A stretch of DNA of 64,000 bases from Podarcis erhardii (lineage: Eukaryota), in NCBI GenBank assembly GCA_964252035.1, contig OZ176200.1. One strand, 5' to 3'. The translations under genes were made by a program, and so were the position numbers. Position 1 is the stretch's first letter, and the number at the start of each line of letters is the position of its first letter. Under the pieces are notes generated by a model, which searched no databases, was not told where the DNA came from, and saw only the letters and a list, made by a program, of their open reading frames with translations. This document shows, piece by piece, positions 27,053 to 39,134 of this stretch.

Positions 27053-27392
27053 TGTCTTCTCTAGCATTACAAGGAATGTTGTACTTGACTGCTCTCAGTG
27101 GATTACATCTGACAAGCTGGAGTGGCGGCCGGTAGCAACTGCTTCAATATGGAAGCAGCACAAAAAATGTTTCAAATAATTACCGTAATAAATACATTCC
27201 ATGGTGGAAAGGTCATGGCACAGAATGGTGCTTAGTGAAGACAAAATAATAATATAAAGTACCCAAAGCTACAAGTGGATGAGTCAGGTCAACGGCAATT
27301 GAAGGAGTGTGTTAGGGAGAACAGAGGTGAAAGATCTGAGTCATCAACATGCGTTTCATAATTGCTATGTAGCATGGTGGGGATGTTGTTGG

Positions 27393-27571
27393 AAAGGACC
27401 ATAGCTCAGTGGTAGAGTATCTGCCTTGCATGCAGGAGGTCCCAGGTTCAATCTTCAGGTAGGGGTGGGAGAGAACAATGCCTGAAACCCTGGAGAGTCG
27501 CTACCAGTCAATGAAGACAGTACTGGGTGATATTGATCAATGTTCTCAGTCCATAAAAGGTAGCTTCCTAT
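27393..27571 (+). mobile_element. tRNA-Ala-derived SINE (Squam3-like)
   Basis: A-box tagctcagtggtaga, ttgcat anticodon-loop relic and B-box ggttcaatc, then the non-tRNA body gcctgaaaccctggagag...agcttcctat. Confidence 0.75.
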
Positions 27572-27618
27572 CCTCCAAAAATGGTAAGCCCACTATCAAA
27601 GCCTGGGGTGATGTAGAA

Positions 27619-27747
27619 CAGGGATGGGGGAACCTGGTGCCCTCCAGATGTTGTAGGACCTTAGCCCCAGCCAATATGGCTGGAGATGCTCAGAAATGAT
27701 GGATGCTGTAGTCCAACACCATCTGGACCACAGGCTCCTCGTTCCTG
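27619..27747. mobile_element. Palindromic hAT MITE
   Basis: cagggatg...ttcctg ends; TSD atgtagaa/atgcagag (6/8). Confidence 0.6.
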
Positions 27748-27780
27748 ATGCAGAGTTGATATAGGATGGCAACCAGGGTT

Positions 27781-27840
27781 AGGGGGTTGGACTAGAAGAT
27801 CCTCAGGGTTCCTTCTAACTCTACAATTCTATGATTCTAA
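27781..27840 (+). mobile_element. CR1-type 3' tail fragment
   Basis: ggggttggactagaagatcctcagggttccttctaactctacaattctatgattct. Confidence 0.7.
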
Positions 27841-27849
27841 GATCTGTGA

Positions 27850-28330
27850 AGGAACATTGTGCAGCAAATATCAATGAGATCAAGTGGGTACCTACAGGGG
27901 AAGGGGGAGGCGATCTTTCAAGCAAACTGATCCAAAGCTGTTGAGGACTTTAGATACTAACACTAACACCTTGAATTTGGCCTGGTAGCGTATCTACAGC
28001 GGGTGCAGGTTCCTGAGCAGGGGTAGAACATGCTGAGAAGGTCTCCCTCCTGTCAGCATGTGTGCAGCAGAATTCTACATTGTTCTGTTTCCAGACAGAG
28101 GCGTTACCGCTGTAGTCGTGCTGCGTGCCATGCGGCAGGTGGTGCCGAAACAATGCTGGGAGGCAGGGGGTGCCGACTTTTAGCATCACACTGGGTGCCG
28201 CTGAAATTGGAGAGCCCAAATTCCACCACTGTTCCAGACCGGCTGCAGTTTCTTGACCTTATGATAAGTTGTAGCACTATCAATCTGCTGAAGCATGTAG
28301 GTCTCATCAGTGGCTATTTCACGTTCAGTG
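27850..28330 (-). mobile_element. Old L2 fragment interrupted by a MITE
   Basis: ccaaagctgttgaggacttt...accttgaatttggcctgg motif typical of the reverse strand of L2 ORF2. Confidence 0.45.
28096..28231. mobile_element. Short GC-rich hAT-like element nested in an L2 relic
   Basis: cagagg.../...ccactg ends flanked by the direct repeat ttccaga. Confidence 0.55.
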
Positions 28331-28789
28331 TTGCAAACAGCAGGTCAATGAGGCTGCGACCAGCTGACTAGGCGGAACAATAGGAACAACAGCTGGGAAA
28401 GTCACCTTGCAGAATTGTGACTATGGACCTGGGAGGACGAGCAGCAGGCTGTAGATTTTTATTATTGTGTGTTATGAATAAAAACAACAACCAGTAATTA
28501 AGTTAAATGATATTAACTCCTAAAATTTACAGTCTATATTTTGGAAATCTGTAGTTATTACTGTTGAGTGCGGCGGACACTCCTTCCACAACATTATGCA
28601 GCTTTTTAGTATTCTGCTTTTCAGCTTCCCCTTCTGGAAACAAGCCTAGTAAGTGATAATGATGAAAACTATAAATAGTAAAGGCTGCATGTTGTTGGTT
28701 TTCATTTTCCACTTCAGTTCTGCAGTATTAGTTTGGAAAACGTTGCTCCTTAAAAATCTGGTGCCTGTGTAAAGTAAAAATCCTATTTT

Positions 28790-29080
28790 TATTACTTATT
28801 AATTTTCTATACTGCCCTTCATCTGAGGATCTCAGGGAAGTTTGTAAAAAAGACTTAACATAGTAACAAACAAAAACAATTATGCACGTGTGCACCCAGT
28901 TTAAAGGGTCATAGTTTTTTTAATAAGCCAAAGGTGTGGGAGAAGATGGAAGTCTTTGCCTTGTGCATAAAGATACGCAACGAAGGCACTAGGAGAGCCT
29001 CCCTGGGGAGAGCATTTCCAAAGCAGGGAGCCACTGCAGAAAAGGCCCATTTTTGTGTTGCCACCCTTCAGACCTCTCAT
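28790..29080 (-). mobile_element. L2 LINE 3' fragment
   Basis: ttctatactgcccttcatctgaggatctcaggg tail and gcctccctggggagagcatttcca..gcagggagccactgcagaaaaggcc body. Confidence 0.55.
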
Positions 29081-29257
29081 TCCAAATTCTTTTGGATCCC
29101 CCCCCCCCCATTACAAATATTTTATATCAACAATGTTTCTCTATATTCTGGCCTTGCACTTTAGCATTAACTTACTGTTATTCAGGCTATAAAATCAAAG
29201 CCTTCCCTCAGCGCTCCTACTCCTAAATTGTTTGACAGTAGAATGACTCATCCGTAG

Positions 29258-29386
29258 TCATAGAATTGTAGAGTTAGAAGGGACCATGAGGGTCATCTAA
29301 TCTGACTGCCTGCAATGCAGGGATCTTTTGTCCAATATGGGGCTTGAACCCATGACTGAGATTAAGGGTCTCATGCTCCTGGACTG
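29258..29386 (-). mobile_element. SINE with tRNA-derived head and CR1-derived tail (resembles the lacertid POM-type SINE)
   Basis: On the minus strand, a tRNA-like head (ggttcaagccc B-box) is followed by cattgcagg...ctctacaattctatga, a CR1 tail. Confidence 0.65.
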
Positions 29387-31791
29387 CTCCCCTGCCCTAA
29401 AGATTTTTGATATTTCTGCAAACCAGGGGTTGCCCTGAGGTTGCTAAGACCGCTCCCTTTTCATGTGGATGGTGATTAACTCATGATGAGGACTAACTTG
29501 TGCTCTTTCAAGGTTCAAGTCTTGACACTAATTCTATGCCTTTTCTGCTAAGTCCTTCCAAAATTCTGTCTTACCTAGATCTTTCTTATTGGCTGTTTCG
29601 GGGTCTTAGATGAAAGAGGCAACCTAGTTTCCAAGTATACTGAATTCTCTTCAGGATGGTGGAACCTAAGCTTGGTAGAACATCTAGAAGGTCCTGTGGG
29701 TGGCATCTAGGAGGTCACATGGGAGACGCCTTGGTCTCCATCCTCCTCCTATTGATTTCTGTTCGATGTTATTATGCTCATATCTTTCATAAGCTGAAGT
29801 GGGTTCACTGGTCTTGTGTTCCCAAACACATTTTAGCATCTTAAACCGTAACGGTTTACCACCCACTTGCCCATTAGGGCAAATTAAAAACTCATTTTCA
29901 CAAAGAGGGAGGCAGGTCAGCTAAGTATGAGAAATGCTATATATCTTTTTTCTGTTTTGGCACAGTATTCCAGAATACCTTTTAAAATGACCAACACCAG
30001 AGTCTACTACTGCTCAAAATACTTCTGGTAGTGAGAAATGCTGGAAAACCAGAGGGCCTATCTTATATGCTTGGTGACATACTAGAGGCTACAAAGCATG
30101 CTTCCTGCTGAGAATCAAGGCAATTATTGCTGCCTGGATGGTTTGTAGCAAATTATGGATCACATTGACCCCAATGGCCATAGCATAAGCCCTTGGACAT
30201 GCTCAGAGGCTTCCATTATGTCACCAAGAATGTGGAAATTTAAGATGGGTCTTCTTCTGCCATTGATCTTTCCTCCCACCTGTTCTTCTCACAACTGCAA
30301 GGTAAATTTGGAAAAGGAAGGAAACTTTAAGCAAGAAAGACCAGGCAGGGGTGGTTGTAACCAAGGTAAGCTGATAACAAGTTACCCTGATATTGAGACT
30401 TGAACTTGGCATTTGCTTGTTGTTGATGTAGTTCTTCTAAACTGTGAACCCATCAGTTTCAAGGTTTGGTATCTATGCTACTTCAGAACATATATTGCAT
30501 TATTATATATTTTGTAGAATTCTTTCCCTTTTGGATATGTGCATGTGTTTAGGAGGACGGCAAACTGGTATTCATACTGGACATGCAGAATTGTGTCCTG
30601 AAGCCATTGGCCAAATTTTATTCTAATATCTCAGTGTTTAAGAGAGATTATGTGCTGTAAACAAACTTACCAACCAGAGAATACTAACTGGATGAATTAA
30701 TAGCTCTTCTCTCAATGAACACTCTAAGCATGCAATAACCCTATGATTCATACTGAATGCTAACTCTATGCACAGCTTACGTTCTTTGAAAGGCAATTTT
30801 AATTTTGTATTCCTGGCTTTCAGCTTTTATATTGATAACTGTTGCCTTTGCTAGCAAATATCCATGGTGTGACATTTTTCTTTATCTCTGTTTAGGTGGA
30901 TTTGACTTATGTGACCTCATGAAAATAGAAAATGGATATTGATTATTAGAACAGCGGTTCTCAAAAGTCAGATCTACATGCATCCATGGAAATAAAATCA
31001 ATTCTTATGGGCCAGAGCTCTCACTAACCAAGTGATTTCTGGTAGTTCAGTACAGGGTTACTATAGCAGAATTGAAATGAGAAACAGCAGCAGTAAAATC
31101 AGATGTGCTCATGGCTGTTATATTAGCAAACTTGATGAGTTGCATCCAATCCCTCTCTTTTTCTCTGGATTGTATTTGATTTGTACTCGCTTTTCTATTT
31201 ACACTGGGGTTTCTAATATGTCTCTCTGCTGATCTTTGTTCTAGCAATTAAGTTATGTTGCTTTGCCACTGGCTCCTCCGTTCCAAGCATGCCAATGTTG
31301 GAATACATTGAGGAAAGTTACAGATCCTCATTACTTCATTTAATCCTATAGGGGCAGGGAATAGAGCACATATATTTACCGTGAGAAGCAAAAAAATGAA
31401 ATGTGGGCATTTATCAGATTTTGTAAGGCTATATCTTTTACCAACACTTTTATTTCTTCATACCCTGCTATAGTTGTTTTGCCTGCAATGATGTCTTCTT
31501 TGCAAGAATCTGAGCCTTAGGGCAGATTTCCCATGTGAAGATGTCTTCAAAATTTAATCTACGTAAGAACCTGCCTCACAGGGATAATTCCCAGCTGCCT
31601 GCAGATCTGATTATTTCCAAAGATGCATATAATGTTGCTAAGTCACTAGGTGCAGGGATGTAATTAAACTATATGTAATGGAAAATTAAAGTGATGAACA
31701 ATTAATGGATTGAAACCCAAAAGAATTCAGCTGACATACATTTGCATAAAAGGTCAATATTTCACCATGTAATGAGGATCAGAATCTTAAA

Positions 31792-31794
<3 letters not shown>

Positions 31795-31829
<35 letters not shown>

Positions 31830-31900
31830 ATTAATTAAATTCTATACCACCCTTCATCTGAGGATCACAGGGTGGTTTAAAACATAAAAACACAAAAATA
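31795..31900 (-). mobile_element. L2 3' tail with (ATG)n microsatellite
   Basis: (atg)n at 31795-31825 followed by ttctataccacccttcatctgaggatcacagggtgg, matching the 28810 motif. Confidence 0.55.
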
Positions 31901-31963
31901 CAGGAAAACACATTTCAGCAAGTTCCATCAAGAATATGCAGGCCCTTCATGAATAATAGGAAG

Positions 31964-32003
31964 CAATGTTATACAGCAGTTTTACAATGTTATACAGCAG
32001 TTT
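31964..32003. repeat. Tandem duplication, period 21
   Basis: caatgttatacagcagttt twice. Confidence 0.85.
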
Positions 32004-33305
32004 AGTTTGTTTCCAAGCACAATGCAAAGTACTGGTTATAAAGTCCTAGCTTTGGAAGAGGTTACCTGTGAGTCTGCCCAAGCCCAGATTTTCCAGAGAG
32101 GCCTTCTATTGACTTTGCTCATGGATTCCATATAACCTTTTCTGAACTAAGGAAAATGTTCTATGTTGATAATGCATTGTAAACAAGTCCTCTTTCATAA
32201 GCGCTGCATCACTTTTGCTCTGGTGCGTAGCTATGCTTACCTTTTGACAGTATAGCTTATTACTTTCATATTGGCATTCGGATCTCTTAGGAGTCACTCT
32301 TAGATACAATTGGAAATACTGACATCTTCAAGCCAATAAGGCGTTTGTTTGTTTTTTCTGTTGTGAAAAATTATCCTCTCTTCCAAGTTTAATTTCACTG
32401 AAATGAGTTTATACTACAATAATGTCATTGTTATTGGTGATTATGAGCTTGTTAATTTGCTCAAAGCATATCAACAAAAGAAACTCAGAAACAGAGCTGA
32501 AAATTGGAGCAAGCCAGAGTCTTAGCAAGGTCTGCTCAAAAGATCTTTCCAAAACAGCAGTGCTGCTGCAGTCATTACAACAACAATGCAGGGTTACTGA
32601 TGCATTTCTCAGAATCCTTCTTACAGAAACCAGTTTACCAGCTTTGATCAAGAACAAAACCATCTTGAATAGCAATGTGATTTATTGGGCCCTTTTCCAT
32701 TTTCTGAAGTAAACCTTTATCTCTCCACAAATCATTCTAATCACAATGCTATTTTACCACTTTTGTAATCCCTAGCCACTGCCTGAACACAAAGGGAATT
32801 ATCATTTCATGTAATTTAGGAAAAGAAATATACATGTTCACGATCCATGGGCTAAATATTACATCATATTTTGGATATGTGAAGCCCTCACAGGTGCAAT
32901 TCCATCTTGAAATCCATCTTTTCTGGTTCAGCTATACGTCAAGAAAAATATTTCTGCCTTAAAAGATTTTGTCCTGTTCTGCTGGCAGTACAATGCTGTA
33001 GAATAAAGTTATTGCTGATAATTCACTTCAGTTGCACATGCTAGAAGTGATTCCATATGTATGCCCTGCTTGTAGGGACACTGCAACACAGATTTAGTCT
33101 TAAGGCTATACAAGCAGTTCGCCGTTCTTAAGCATGCATATTGCAGCCCAAGCTGCATTATACTAGGTGAGATATTGGCTGTTCTCAGGAATGCATGTAA
33201 ATAGAATATTTGTTGCCTGGCCCTACTTAAGTTAAAGTACATTTCCTCAATGAAACATTGAGAGTAATGTAGATTCCAGTAAGTCTGCTTGCAGATTCAT
33301 AAATC

Positions 33306-33485
33306 CAGTGCTTTTTTTCTGGGGGGAAGCAGGGGTACGCATACCCCTAAACATTTTGTGAATCTTTGTACTTTTCTCCATTTACTGTATTTATTTTCCT
33401 CAATTTGAACTATAAAATGGTGGTTTTATTGAGTCAAAATGAGAGAACCCTAAACAGTTTTTTAGGGGGGGGGGGAGAAGCCCTG
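33306..33485. mobile_element. hAT-type non-autonomous element
   Basis: cagtgctt/aagccctg ends; TSD cataaatc/cataaact (6/8). Confidence 0.6.
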
Positions 33486-34389
33486 CATAAACTTTAAAAA
33501 ACCCAAATTTCAAATAAAAATATTCTCCAATATTATATAACATATGAAAATAGGTACAGTTGTCTTATAAGTGAGAGAGTGCTTCATCATAGTGTGGTGG
33601 TGGCCCAAAGGGCCACAATAAATGTAATAATGTGTACCCCTGGAAATCCTTGAGTGCGCTTCTGTTAGAGAAGTTATGGTAACCTGTAGCTTTACGAAAC
33701 TGATGATTTTGCAAGTTGCTGCCCCCCACCCCATTGGAGCAGAAATACAGCTAATATGTGCATCACAAATATACAGCTGAAAGCTAGAACATCAATTGCT
33801 ACATGGTGCAAATGGCTACACGTAACACAAGTTCCCAATATGCATATTAATACAATGTAACAGATCATGGTGAGAATCAACGCTGAATCAGCAAAATTGC
33901 CAATGCTTATTGTGCATACTTGACTGGTGAAAATTGAAATGCTTTGTTTGAAACTTTATAAATACCACTGCCTGAACCATCGGGCGGAGCTGCAGTTTTG
34001 CAGAACGATCCGACTGTAACCTATTGCTTTGCAAACGTTGGACTCCTAACCCCTCAAGCTTCTGCGTTTTATTGGCATAAGCTCAGGAGATAAGCCATTT
34101 TTGGCTTACAACATTAGTGTGATAGGAAGTCCTGCTGAGAATGGACCCACTGACATTAATGAGGTAGATTCAAGTAACAGGTTTCCCTGGCAGAAACCAA
34201 TGCAAGGAGTGCTGCTAACCCAACAGGGCTTTGCTCCTCTCTTTCCCTGTTTCCCCACCTGAGTGGGTTGGGAGAACCCACAAGACAGTGTATGGGGTGG
34301 GGAAAAAATTCTTCCGCCAGGCAAGCAGAAATGTTTGTGATGATTGAGTGGGGTCTCCTTAGCGTTACACTGAATTCCACCCACTGGAC

Positions 34390-34428
34390 CTTAGTTACGT
34401 CTTTTAACTTAGTTACGTCTTTTAACTT
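34390..34428. repeat. Tandem duplication, period 18
   Basis: cttagttacgtcttttaa twice. Confidence 0.88.
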
Positions 34429-34435
34429 CTTATCT

Positions 34436-34891
34436 CAGTGGATTTTTTGAGTCCATGGCTCCCTTGACCAACTACATTCTTCCTGCGGCACGCCTGTGGG
34501 GCTCTGGAGTCCAGTTACGTCACCCCTTGCCTGCAGAGATGACAGCCTCTCACACTTTTCCGAACACCCTCCCTTGTGGAGTGTTCCCTCAGCATCCTCT
34601 CCTCTCCCCTCGGGCATTCTCCGGGCAGCTGCTGGCGCCGCCACTCGTCTCTCTGAGCTGCCCCCTTGCCCCAAAGAGAGACGCCTCCTCACACTGCCCC
34701 ACAGAGGCCTGGGAAGCACCCCCTGGCCAGCCCAAGAGGCACCATTTTCCTGGGAAGCTTGCAGCCAGGGCTGCTGCAACAAACAGCTGTGCAAGCCTTG
34801 GGGAGGCAGAGACACAAGTGTTGCTCACTGCACCCCTGACCAGCATTCAAGATGCCCCAGGGTGCCACAGCACACTGGTTGAAAACCATTG
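34436..34891. mobile_element. GC-rich hAT-like non-autonomous element
   Basis: Starts cagtg and ends gcacactggttgaaaaccattg, a typical hAT terminus. It accounts for the local cluster of spurious GC-rich ORFs. Confidence 0.5.
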
Positions 34892-36367
34892 CCCCAAACC
34901 CCTATTGGGGTTTTGGCACGGAGCATGGGGAGAGGAAGGGGGAGGAGAGTCCTGTTGCACAAGCCAAAATCTTTGCGCTGACAGAATGAGTTGGTTGGAT
35001 ACAATGGGTCTGCTCTGAGTAGGATTAACATTGGACACTACCAATTGACTGCAGTGGCTGACACAACCCAAGAAAAATGTTTGGAGGGTAACTTTAAGCC
35101 TACTATTAAAAACAAAACAAACAAAACAAAACCCCTACCATTTTACAGTTTGATAGTACAACCCTTTGCATTATTTCCATGTGTGAAAATACAGCAAATC
35201 CACAAAAAAGCAATAAGCTTTTTGACTGGTAGAAGTTGCACACAAATTACTGATGAAACCAAGTGCCAAGCTCACACAGAATGGACACAGATCTGTCTTC
35301 ATGCAGTGACCTAGGATTTAAACACGGCAGTCATGCCCTCTATTGGTAGAGCCTAATTGTCTGAATTGTGTTGTTAAAGCACCATTAGCTATGCTCTTTG
35401 TATTTGTAGACACTGCATATAAACATTTTATCAGTGAAACATCTGCTTGTTTCATTTTTAGGTGCTAAATGAGCATTCAGCTCTTGTTCTGCACAACATG
35501 AAAGAACTGAATTTAAATCAGTGATTTGGATACTAAAGCTCTTTATCATGACTTTCCATTTTTAATCTCAAAGAAATATTATGCAAAACAGTGTGCTGGA
35601 TGTTGCATTTTGAAAGAGTACTGTACAGTAGCGATGGGATTTGTTGCTGGTGGTTGCACATGTACATTACTTATTTCTACGCTTCATTTGGTATATTCCA
35701 CAAATACTCTTCCAAGAAATCTTCCGTTATTATCCCTTCTTACATATAAGTTGTGTCACATGTTTAACAATGGAAGGCAGGGCTTTTAGATTGTATGTGG
35801 GCAGAAATATGAGAAATGTAATAAGCGCAAGGAATAGATGACAAAGACTGCACAACTTGAGTACACTTATTTGGGAGGAAATTCCCTTGAGTTTCCAGGT
35901 AAGCACGCGTAAATAACATTGCAACGAAAAAGACTCCCATTTGGCAGATATCAGAATCATGTAAAGAACCCTCAAAAAGCAGGAGAATTAATAACTGTAT
36001 GGGATATAATGTTATACATTTAGGTAAAATATGAAATGTGAACTGAGTTTAGTGATCAATAATTTGTTTTATAATACCATATATGAATATTTTGGCAATG
36101 GACTCATTGAATGATCAGAGATTGTCGAATGTGACCAATGGCTGTTGTTTCATACCTATACTGTGTTGTATGTTTGTTTAAAACAGACTTGTAACCCAAA
36201 GGCAAACTGAAGATAAAAAGGGAGAGGCAAAAGTCATCATCTGTTCACTTTTGGGACATTTGAACAGCTTGTGAATTAAGGTAAGTGGAATGAAACAAGC
36301 TGGCCTTCTCCTCCTGCTGTGGTATAGTGTTAATTTGAAGTGTAGGAGCTTTATCATGACAGCCTCC

Positions 36368-36433
36368 ATAGTCACATAGTCATAGTCACATGTTCATGGT
36401 CATAGTCATAGTCATAGTCACATGTTCATGGTC
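36368..36433. repeat. Degenerate (CATAGT)n hexamer repeat
   Basis: catagt units interleaved with cacatgttcatggt twice. Confidence 0.8.
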
Positions 36434-36483
36434 CTGCTCTCAAGGAGTGTCCAGGAAGGCAGAAAACAGTGTTGATCTATTCA

Positions 36484-36486
<3 letters not shown>

Positions 36487-36522
<36 letters not shown>
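36487..36522. repeat. (CT)n microsatellite
   Basis: Direct reading. Confidence 0.9.
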
Positions 36523-36524
<2 letters not shown>

Positions 36525-36552
36525 GCATGTAATAGGGTCAGTATGTCTACAG

Positions 36553-36688
36553 CAGGCATAGGCAAACTTGGCCCTCCAGCTGTTTTGGGACTTCAACTCC
36601 CATCATCCCTAGCTAACAGGACCAGTGGTCAGGGATGATGGGAATTTTAGTCTCAAAACATCTGGAGGGCCGAGTTTAGCCATGCCTG
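36553..36688. mobile_element. Palindromic hAT MITE (136 bp)
   Basis: TIR caggcat/atgcctg, self-complementary body, perfect 8-bp TSD gtctacag (36545-36552, 36689-36696). Confidence 0.88.
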
Positions 36689-37599
36689 GTCTACAGCCTC
36701 ATGCAAAGGAACTCCACCTGTTGAAACCCAACCTTTATTTAGAAAGGCAAACTATCTTGCAAAAAAAGTGTAATTATACAAAGTACTAGTGTGAAGTAGA
36801 ATTCAGCCTCTGCTTGGTATTTTCCTCACACAAATCTGTACCAAACAAACTTGAAAGGCTCATTATTCCTTCATTCAGTTGCCAGAGCAAGAAAAGTCCA
36901 TTCATTATCCTAGTGCCGCATCAGATGATGTTGTCACTCCTGCTCTGGGGAGAAAAAACACACATGCAGTGACACCCTGGAGTCTCATGTGCTCTTTCTA
37001 CCCAGAATATCGCCACAGAGGTTTCCCTGTACTAAATAGTTTGTGCCTCACAGGGGGAAAAGGGTCTCATCCGTGCTGGCCCCTATTTTCTACTCCAAAT
37101 TCCCCTTTCTCTGCCTTTCTGGCTGCCGCTTTCACTCTGCCTTCTCTGTTTGGGCCCACAGCAGTCTTTAGGGCTAGCATCACCCTTCCTCCATTTGTGC
37201 CTTGGTCCCACAGCGTGATAATTATAACCCACATTACTATGCGCTTTGTGTCAAGAAAGTCTATTCTAGTTGAGAAGGCGACCATATCCATGCCCGGGTC
37301 TGATGGAGCAGTGCTGCTGCTGCTGCAGTCCTGGAATTTTGCAGCATTTTTTTCTTTCTTTGATGAAATTAAGGAAGTGGGTAGCTTCTGCTGCAATGTT
37401 TGCAACAGGCAGGGTGACCAAAAAATAATAATGGGGGGGGGGGGGAGAGAGAGCAGCTACCCAGAAACTGGCAATATCTCTCAATATTATTAGGCAGGAT
37501 TGGACTCCCACCAGCGGCACCCCCTCAGATCCCTCCATTGGGTGACTCTGCTCTGCATTGGCGAGCGTCTGAATCCTTTTCCACTTCAAGCTTTCCCTG

Positions 37600-38770
37600 T
37601 GCACACATTTCGATCTAAGCTATTCCCCCCCCTGCAAGTGCCACTGCTCCGCCGTACAAGCTGGCACACACCGGCCTCCTGGGCGAGCGCCGTGGCTTCT
37701 CTCTCTCTTTCCCCGGGAGCGAGGTCTGCCCCGGGGGGCGAAGTGGGCGTGTGCCCGCGGGGCAGCGGAGACGGCGCCTCGGGGCCAAAGCCAGGTGGTG
37801 GGCGAGGCGAGGGCGCCCCGGGTAGGCTAGGGAGGGGTGGCCTTTGGCGCTCTCGACACTCTCGACGCCGCCTCCTTCGGCCCCTCGGCGCGAAATGAAG
37901 GGTCGGAGCGGTGCGGGCGGCGGGAAAAGGCGGCAAGGGGCAGGCGGGGCTAAAGCAGGAGGTCTGCAGATGACCGCAGGCAGTAACTCGCGCGCGCAGC
38001 CAGAGACGTCTTCTGCCGCCGCCGCCGCCGCCGCGCCCCCTCCCGCCTCCCACGAGCCTGAGGAGGGGGAAGAAACCCACGCGAGTCGTTTCCTCCGCGC
38101 AGCCTGGAGGGCGGCTGAGCGAGAGAGCAACGTGGATTGATCCATTCGCTTAGTACTGAGCGGGTGGAAGGGAGGGGAAAGGCGAAAAAGCAGCCTCGAG
38201 AGGGGAAGGACTCTCTCTCTCTCTCTCTCTCTCTCTGCGCCCCCCCCCCCCCTTTTTAATGTTATTTTTACACGCAGCCCCTTCGGCGGCGAAGAAGCCG
38301 TAGGAATGGGTGGCAGCAGAGCCGCGGCTGCTGCGCCTCAGTTGGTGGCAAGGCGCCGCTGAGGGACTCTTCTTCTTCTCCTTCTCTCTCTCCCTCGGGG
38401 ACGCACGCCATACGCGGCGCGCACCCACAGAGCAACTCCTCAGGCGCGACGAGGCAGCTCGCTCTCGGGGTGTTTTTTGTGCCCCCCCCTCGCCCCCCGC
38501 TTCTGAGGGAAGGAAGGACGGCAAGAGGAGGAGGAGGAGGAGGCTGGTGGGGAAGAAGAGGACCTGCCCAGCGATGCCTTTGTGCCCGCGAGAGGCGAGG
38601 AAAGGGCGCCAAAAAGCGGCCGCCCGCCTGGCGGACTGCGGCTAGTTTGCGCCGAATCCGCCGCCTCTCTTCTCGCCTCCTCCCCCCCCCTCCCCCACCC
38701 GCGCAACTTCCAGGAGCGGATTAGGAAGAGGAGGACGATGCCCGATTGAGCTGCCTGCTGCTGGAAGGTA
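37600..38770 (+). promoter_or_regulatory. KCNJ3: CpG island: probable KCNJ3 promoter and 5' leader
   Basis: Sharp rise in GC and CpG against a CpG-depleted background, with GC-box-like motifs (e.g. ggggcaggcgggg ~37937) and a (GCC)n run ~38014-38033, directly upstream of the ATG. The TSS cannot be placed from sequence alone. Confidence 0.85.
38210..38257. repeat. (CT)n, poly-C and T-run inside the CpG island
   Basis: Direct reading. Confidence 0.9.
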
Positions 38771-39134
38771 AAAAGATCAGGTGATGGTGATGCCCCTGCT
38801 CCTCCTGTACGTGGCAGGGTCCTCCTGGGTTTGAGTTGGGGAAGGAAGAGTTGATTTCTCCCCCCTCCAAAAAAAAAGAGGAAGACGGGGTGGCTGGGGT
38901 GGGGAGGGGGAAGAAAGAAGGTGGTCCGAAAGAGCAAGTGTGTTTGTGTGTATTGGAAACAAGGGGAGGGAAACAAAAGTAAGAGCGGAGAGGAGAAGAG
39001 GAAGGTTGGAGAAGAGAATAGAGGGAAGGGTGCAGCAGTCCTACCAAGTCCTTCCACCTTCTTTCTTTCTCTCCTCCCTTCCCCCCCAACCCTACAAACT
39101 GCGGATTGGCGACACTGGCCAGCCTGGGTGTATT

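Noticed and set aside
27397-27469. tRNA-Ala(TGC)-like sequence
   Set aside because: The acceptor stem and 3' half are broken and it runs into a SINE body, so it is a SINE head rather than a tRNA gene.
34455-35018. 187-aa ORF and neighbours
   Set aside because: They coincide with a GC-rich hAT-like element and show no domain signature.
1-37500. Exons of an upstream neighbour gene such as GALNT13 (syntenic in mammals)
   Set aside because: No translation that I recognise; very short exons cannot be excluded without a spliced alignment.
37500-38724. Many overlapping 80-200 aa ORFs on both strands
   Set aside because: Expected from stop-codon scarcity in a CpG island; the translations are Ala/Arg/Pro/Gly-rich low complexity.
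38940-39134. 65-codon in-frame N-terminal extension of Kir3.1 given in the ORF track
   Set aside because: Starts at GTG, is low-complexity purine-rich sequence, and the conserved protein begins at MSALRRK (39135).
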